DNA from: the human T2T-CHM13v2.0 reference genome, Homo sapiens
Assembly (NCBI RefSeq): GCF_009914755.1
Contig: NC_060928.1
Strand: one strand, 5' to 3'
Length of the DNA stretch: 64,000 nucleotides
Made by a program: the position numbers and the translations under genes. Below the pieces are notes generated by a model. It saw only the letters and a program-made list of their open reading frames with translations. It was not told where the DNA came from and searched no databases. Positions 57,678 through 64,000 of this stretch are shown here, piece by piece (within the stretch, counting starts at the first letter, position 1; each line of letters starts with the position of its first letter).

Positions 57678-60400
57678 TTTAAAGACAGCTTTATTGAAAC
57701 ATAGTTGACATACAATAAGCTGCATATATTTATAGTGTACGTTTCGGTAAGTTTGATATATGTATACCTCTGAAACTATCACCATAATCAAGATAGTGAC
57801 CCTGTGCATTATTACCCCCCAAAGTTTCCTCCTACCATTTGAAATCTCTCTCACACCCTACGGAAGTAGCCTCATCCACTAAAATGTTACTTTGCAATTC
57901 CTGTAATTTTATATAAATAGAATTATATAGTATATACTTGAAGTCTGTATTATTTCACTTAGAATAGATTCTTCTATGTTGTAGCACATACCAACAGTTC
58001 ATTCCATCTCACTGCTAACTAATGGACCATTTTATAGATACACCAGCATTTTAAAAAATCAGTTCATCTGTTGCAGGATATTTAACTTGCTTGTAACTTT
58101 CGGCTGTTGCACATAAAGCTGCTAAAAGCATTTGTATACCTATATTTGAGTGGACGCAGGCTTTCATTTCTCTTGGATAAATCCCAGGAGTGGAATATTT
58201 AGATCATGTGGTAATTATGCTTAACTTTTTGGGAAACTGACAAACTTTCTTCCCAAGTTGATGTATTTCTTTACATCCTCACCAACAATATACAAAAGTT
58301 CCATTTCCTTTTCATTCTTGCCAACTCTTAAGCTGGTCAATCTTTTTCATTTTAGCCATCCTAATAGGTATTTGGTAGTGTTTCATTGTGCTTTTAGTTT
58401 GCACTTCTCTAATGACTAGTAATGTTGAACTTTTTTCCATGTGCTTATTTTCCATTTATATATTTTCTTGGGTGAAGTGTCTGTGCATATCTTTTTCCCA
58501 ATTTTTTACAACTTAGATTGTCATATTATTATGTTTTAAAAGTTAAAAAATATATTTTGAGTACAAGTCCTTTCTTAGATACCTGCTTTACAAGTATTTT
58601 CTTCATTCTGTGACTTGTCTTTTTGTTCTCTCAATAGTGTCTTTCAAAGAGAAGTTTTAATTTTGATGAAGTCTAGTTCATCAGTTTTTCTTTTTATGGA
58701 CTGTGCTTTTGTGGCTATATTAAGAAACCTTTGCACTTATTCAGGGTCACAAAGGTTTTCTTTTTTTGTTTTCTTCTGTAAGTTTTATAGTTTTAGGTTT
58801 TACACTTAGTTCTGTGATCCATTTTGAGTTAATTTTTACATAAGATATGAGGTATGAATTCAAGTTCATTTTTGCATAGGGATCTCCAGTAGTTCTAGTA
58901 CGATTTGTAGGAGTGGCTATTTCTCCTAAATTGTCTATTGATATGATCATACAGTTTTCTTTTCATTTGGTGAAGTACATTGATTTTTTTTTTAGATATT
59001 ATGCTAGTATTGTATTCCTGTGATAAACCCAACTTATGATATATTATTTTATTTATCTTGTGGAATTTGATTTAGTAACATTTTATTTAGAATAGTTGCA
59101 TCTATGTTCGTGAGTGATATTGGTCTGTAGTCTTCTCATAATGCCTTTCTCATAATGTCTTTAACTTTGATATTAGGATAAAGCTTACCTCACAGAATGA
59201 GTTAGAAATTATTCCCTCTTCTATTTTATGGAAGAATTTGTATAGAATCAGTAGTTTTTCTTTCTTAATTGTTTGGTAGAATTCATTCAGTGACATCATC
59301 TGGCCCTAGAGTTTTCTTACTGGCAAGATTTTTAACCACAAATTCAATAGGACTACTCAGGTTATCTGTTTCTTCTTGAGCGAACTTTGGTAGTCTGTGT
59401 CTTTTCAGACATTTGTCCATTTCATCTGAGTTGTTGAATTTATGGGCATAAAATTGCTCATAGTATTTCTTTATTTTATTTTTAATATCTTTAGAATCTG
59501 CACTGATTCTGCAGTCACCTTTCTCATTCCTGGTGTTGTTTGTTTTCTCTATTTCCTAATCATTCTGGCTGGATTGATCAATTTTACTGATTATCTTAAA
59601 AGATATGGTTTTGGATTAATTTATTTTCTTTATTTTTCTGTTTTCGATTTAATTGATTTCTGCTTGATTTTTATTATTTCTCTTCTTTTGCTTACTTTGG
59701 GCTTAATTTACACTTCTTTTTTTTCCTCATAGCTCATTAAGGTACAAAATGAAGTGCTTGGTTTACCACCCTTCTTCTTTTTTAATATAGGTGTTTAGTA
59801 GCATAAAATGTCATCTTAGTACTGCTTTACCAACATCCCTCAAATTCTGATATGTTGTGTTTTTATTTCGTTCTTTTCAGAATACTTTCTAACTTCTCTT
59901 TGAGTTTTCCAGATATCTTTCTGTTATTGATTTTTAATTCAGTTTTTGTTGTAATCAAAAAACAAACTCTGTGTGTCTTAAACCCTTTTTATTTTTTGAG
60001 ATTTGTATCATGGCCCAGAATATGGTTAATCTTGGAAAATAAATGGCCTGTATGCGCTGGGAATGTGTGTTCTGCTTTTGAGTGGAGTGTCATTTAGGTG
60101 AAGGACATGCCAGTTGGATTAAGTTGGTTGATATTTTTGTTCAAATCTTCTGTATCCTGATTTTTCTACTTGTTCTGTTACTGAAACAGAGAGGTGTTTA
60201 ACTCTCTGATTATAGTTGTGGATTTGCCCATTTCTCCTTGTAGTTCTGTCAATTTTTGCTTCAAGTGTTTTGGGGCTCTCTTATTAGATCTGTTAACATT
60301 TAATATTGTTTTGGCTTCATGATGAGTTGACACTTTTGTCAATATGAAATGACCTTCTTTATCTCTGGCAATATTCTCGGCTTTGCATATGTTAAAAAAT
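57678..60400 (-). mobile_element. Old L1 (L1MC/MD-like), 3'UTR to endonuclease domain with internal deletions
   Basis: Minus-strand ORFs 58747-58950 ([19 protein letters not shown]) and 60178-60435 (RDKEGHFILTKVS...LKQKLTELQGE) are degenerate ORF2p. Confidence 0.85.
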
Positions 60401-61220
60401 TTTGTTTGTGCATCTTTGATTTTTTTTTTAAACATTTGAAGCAGAATTTCTGAGTTACAGGATTGTAACCTTTTAAAAGTTCTTAATATCTTGCGAGATT
60501 ACCCTCCAGAAAGGCTGTACAGACCGACACTTGTCTAGGTATTCTTTAAGTGTTTATAAAGCTAGTTGCTCTGATCTTTTATAATTTTAAGATATGTAGC
60601 AAGGTGGACTGAACTGTAGCATTTCTGTTGATCACAGGATAAAATAAACTACCTTATGTAACTTGTTTTGTAGACTCTGAAAATGCTGTGTATATTTTTA
60701 AAGTTGTCATCAATTTTATTTCATCTCTCATCTTATAGGAATAAAGATAAATTCTTATTTTTATAATATATTTAATCAGAGAGGATTTGAGTTTGTTTAA
60801 TCTTTTCTATGTATTTTGTGTGGAATCTTCAGCTAATATCTTAGAGATGAAGTTTCAAAATTGTTTGCTTACATTTGGTTAGATGGTATGTTTGGCTTTA
60901 AATACATTAATGTGTAGAAGGAAGTTTTATATATAAAACCAGATGTTCACAAAGCTACTTTCCGTGATTAGATATGAAATACTGTATGCTTAGGTCTAGT
61001 AGGGATTTGTGGCTCCCTAGGCTTTGATAGTGCTTGGTGCCAACAGCAGTTAATAAAGTGATCCGTTTATGTATCTTTTTTGATATGTAAAGGTATTCCC
61101 TAGGGAAGTTTTACACATTAATTAAGAAATGCATAACAAATTTAACATCCTTTCATAAAAAAACTCAGAAGTGACTTGTTTGGATTTATTTGATAATTCT
61201 GAGCTGTTCTTTTCACACAG

Positions 61221-61279
61221 GAGTCTTCCAGAGCCTCTCATGACCTATGAGTTACATGGAGATTTCATTGTTCCAGCCA
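61221..61279 (+). CDS. ARHGAP10: ARHGAP10 coding exon (probably exon 16), RhoGAP domain, 59 nt
   Basis: tttcacacag|G AGT CTT CCA ... CCA GCC A|gtaagt; (R)SLPEPLMTYELHGDFIVPA, containing the RhoGAP LPEPL motif; phase 2 to 1. Confidence 0.95.
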
Positions 61280-62646
61280 GTAAGTATTATGTAAAGGTAT
61301 ATAGGAACAGTTTTGTAGTTGGTAGTGAGCATAAACGAAAAATTTCCATATGAAAAATTCAACTTGTTATTGCAGTTTGTGTTAAAAATAGAAATCGCTT
61401 TAAATGATGTTTGGTGCCTCCCCTCATCCTTGGGAGGTGAATAAAAGGGACAGTATATTCTTTCATTTATTCACATACATTAATTATTTCCTATTATGTT
61501 ACTGGATATGTAAAGCCAAGACAGGATTCTTGTCCCATGAGACAATTCTATAGCAAGTACTGGGGCATACTTCTCATTATACTACAAAATGTACAATAAT
61601 GGCATGAGCAAAATGCTGAGGGAACACAGAAGTATTTAATTTGCGAAAGGTTGTGGAGATGAACAGATTTGGAGAGATTAGTAGTTTGGAGGTGGCTTCA
61701 CATAGACAGATACTCGGATCTAAATTACAGACAGAAGGAATATTATGAGATAATGCCAGAACTCCAAACAGTATTTGATACAGACTGAATAATATACAAT
61801 CAAATGTTAAATGAAAAAGGCCTATAGTTGGTAGAATTTTGTGATTGAATTTTTTGTGAGTCATACTCATTTGAGGCTTTGTTTTCTGTTATATGGCTCA
61901 CTTTCTATCTTTGACACGTGTTGTTTAATCATCATAGTCTTCTGAAGTACACTGGTGTTAGGTATTTAATAGTGAAGGAAATGAAGGTTGAGACATGTTA
62001 AGTAACTTGCCAGATTATAGGGAGCCTTATTTAAAATTCAGAACCCTAGTTCTACTAGCTAAAACCTGCAGTATTGGTTTTCACAGGTGCACTGACAGTA
62101 GCTGTAATTGTATTTTCATTTCCTTTTATTTTCTCCTCTTGGATGTATTCCATAGTTTAATCTGTTGAAAAACTTAGAGCATTCCCTTTGGGACCAATGT
62201 TACCGCTGCCTGAACATTGCTTTAAATGTTACCTTCTTGTGAGGTCCTTGCTCCAGCCAGTGTAAAGGTTCCTCCTGTGTTGCAGGAAGGAGGAGTGTGT
62301 AGGCCCCATTAGACTCTACATATAAAAGAGGCTTTTGGAAAAGCAAAAACTGGTTCTATTCGTTTTTGTTTTCACATGGGGAGAGGATTTTTTAAAAAAG
62401 AGAATTTGTGAGATCAAGGGAGTGGGGGAAAATTTTTTCGGCAAAAACTCAAGTAAATGCTTAGTTGTTTTGATTTCTTCCCTGTGGCATTTTTGGCAAA
62501 CTGGGGAAAGAGAAATTAAACTTAGTTGGAGGACAATTGTTTCATGTTGTTTGCCTTAGAGACTGGAAAAAGCAGAAGAGTGCCAATTTTAATCTAGAAT
62601 CCTTTGAGAATTAGAGAAAGATAAAGTGATTATGGAATAAGGTTTT

Positions 62647-62730
62647 TTTTTTTCCTTTTTTTTTTTCTTTTATTATTATACTTTAAGTTTTAGGGTACAT
62701 GTGCACATTGTGCAGGTTAGTTACATATGT
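62647..62730 (-). mobile_element. Extremely 5'-truncated young L1 (L1HS/L1PA2-type 3' tip plus poly(A))
   Basis: Reverse strand acatatgtaactaacctgcacaatgtgcacatgtaccctaaaacttaaagtataataataa; short TSD gtttt. Confidence 0.88.
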
Positions 62731-64000
62731 TTTAAATGACCACAATCATTAGTATTATTACGCCCCATAACTGATGGCAGTGTTTTTGAAATTTGAATAT
62801 CAGTGTGTTTTACCAAATGAAGAGGTTCCTAAGAGGTAGGAGCTTATATCTTAAGAGGTAATAAAATCTATGGTGGTAGAAAATAAGTTTAAAGAGTTTG
62901 TTGAAGGCATCTTTGAGCAGAGTGGTGAAAACGATTGCAGAAACGCAGACAAGATCATCACCTGTTGGACCAGTACCTTGTGTTTTGCTTCCTGACTTTG
63001 TGGGAATGCTGTGATAGTCTTCACAGTGATTTGGATGACAGGACCGTCAGAAAGAAATACTGTTTCTACTGTAATCATTGGCATGGATTTGCACCTAAGT
63101 GCCGTTGTGGTTGGAATGGGACCTGTAGTAACTTGATTTAATGAGAAAAAGTACATGTACTAAATGGGTGTATTTTAGGGGCCAAGGTTTCCAATGTAGA
63201 CTTTAAGTTTTTATTTTAATCTCTTGAGTACCCTTCTCTGCACTCATTGCCTCTTTTAGAGAGTGTGGGAACAGATCTCCTAATCTTTTGCATATGGACT
63301 TTTAAGGATCGAATAAAATAGTTACAGAAATCAGGTGGCCAAAATTAGTCTCCCCTTTTGAATGCTGTTGGAAAATCGGGATTGTGGTTAAGCTGTCATT
63401 TTCCGTGAACAGTGACACAGCTTACCTGGTTTTGCTCAAGTGTCTGTTAGCTGAGCTGACTGCTAAAATTACTAAGCATCAGCAGTCTTTGTTACCACCT
63501 CTCACACCAACTTGAAAACTAATTTTTGATTCTTCTCAGTCATGTGCAGTGGTTTCCATCTGTTCTGTGGTGATGAGATAGTTTCTTCTCTTCTACCCTC
63601 CCTGCTGAGAGTTCTCAAGGTTTCTCCTGGGTCCCATTGTTTTCTCTCATCAGTTTCTTTCCTGTAGTTTCCTGTTGTGAACCTCCGTGTTAATTTCTAG
63701 GGTTCATGATACAAATATAAATTTCATTTCTATTTTGTCACCACAAAAGGCACATTTGTTTTATGTTCCTTGTTCTGAAAAAAAGATCAACTTACTTTTA
63801 AAGGTTGACTGCATTGGAAAAGTTAAAACATTTTTTTCTTTGAGAAAATTAAGAGAGTTAATGTAACTTTCTCCGTTAGCTGAATTCCAAACTAAACTTA
63901 TAAAAGGAACCCAGTAGACGATCCATCTTGGGGGAGACTATAATGGACTTTTGACATGGAAATTTATAAGACGAAAATGTAGTTACCTGGTCTATGGGGA

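Noticed and set aside
62870-62995. Short protein-like frame MVVENKFKEFVEGIFEQSGENDCRNADKIITCWTSTLCFAS
   Set aside because: 41 codons, does not match the expected next ARHGAP10 exon (KSGSPES...) or any family I recognise, and has no clear acceptor.

Overview
Human genomic DNA (human-specific AluYa8 and AluYb8 are present), lying entirely inside the + strand gene ARHGAP10 (GRAF2, a BAR-PH-RhoGAP-SH3 protein). Six short GT-AG coding exons (82, 46, 66, 75, 88 and 59 nt; probably exons 11-16, numbering from memory) splice in frame. They encode the end of the PH domain and the first half of the RhoGAP domain, including the GLYR arginine finger. The rest is intron, rich in Alu, L1, L2, MIR, LTR (MST, MLT1, MER21, MER61) and DNA transposon relics. 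Nearly all ORF-track entries are repeat-derived or chance. I see no foreign insert, RNA gene, CRISPR array or new multi-gene system. The best candidates for undescribed biology are: (1) a cryptic in-frame terminal exon that would give a BAR-PH-only GRAF2; (2) several routes to remove or poison the arginine-finger exon; (3) a MER61 LTR with p53 and NF-kB sites, flanked by two identical AREs; (4) very young Alu and L1 insertions; (5) templated-insertion scars. All of these are sequence-based hypotheses. Repeat subfamily calls are from recalled consensus sequences and repeat boundaries are approximate.
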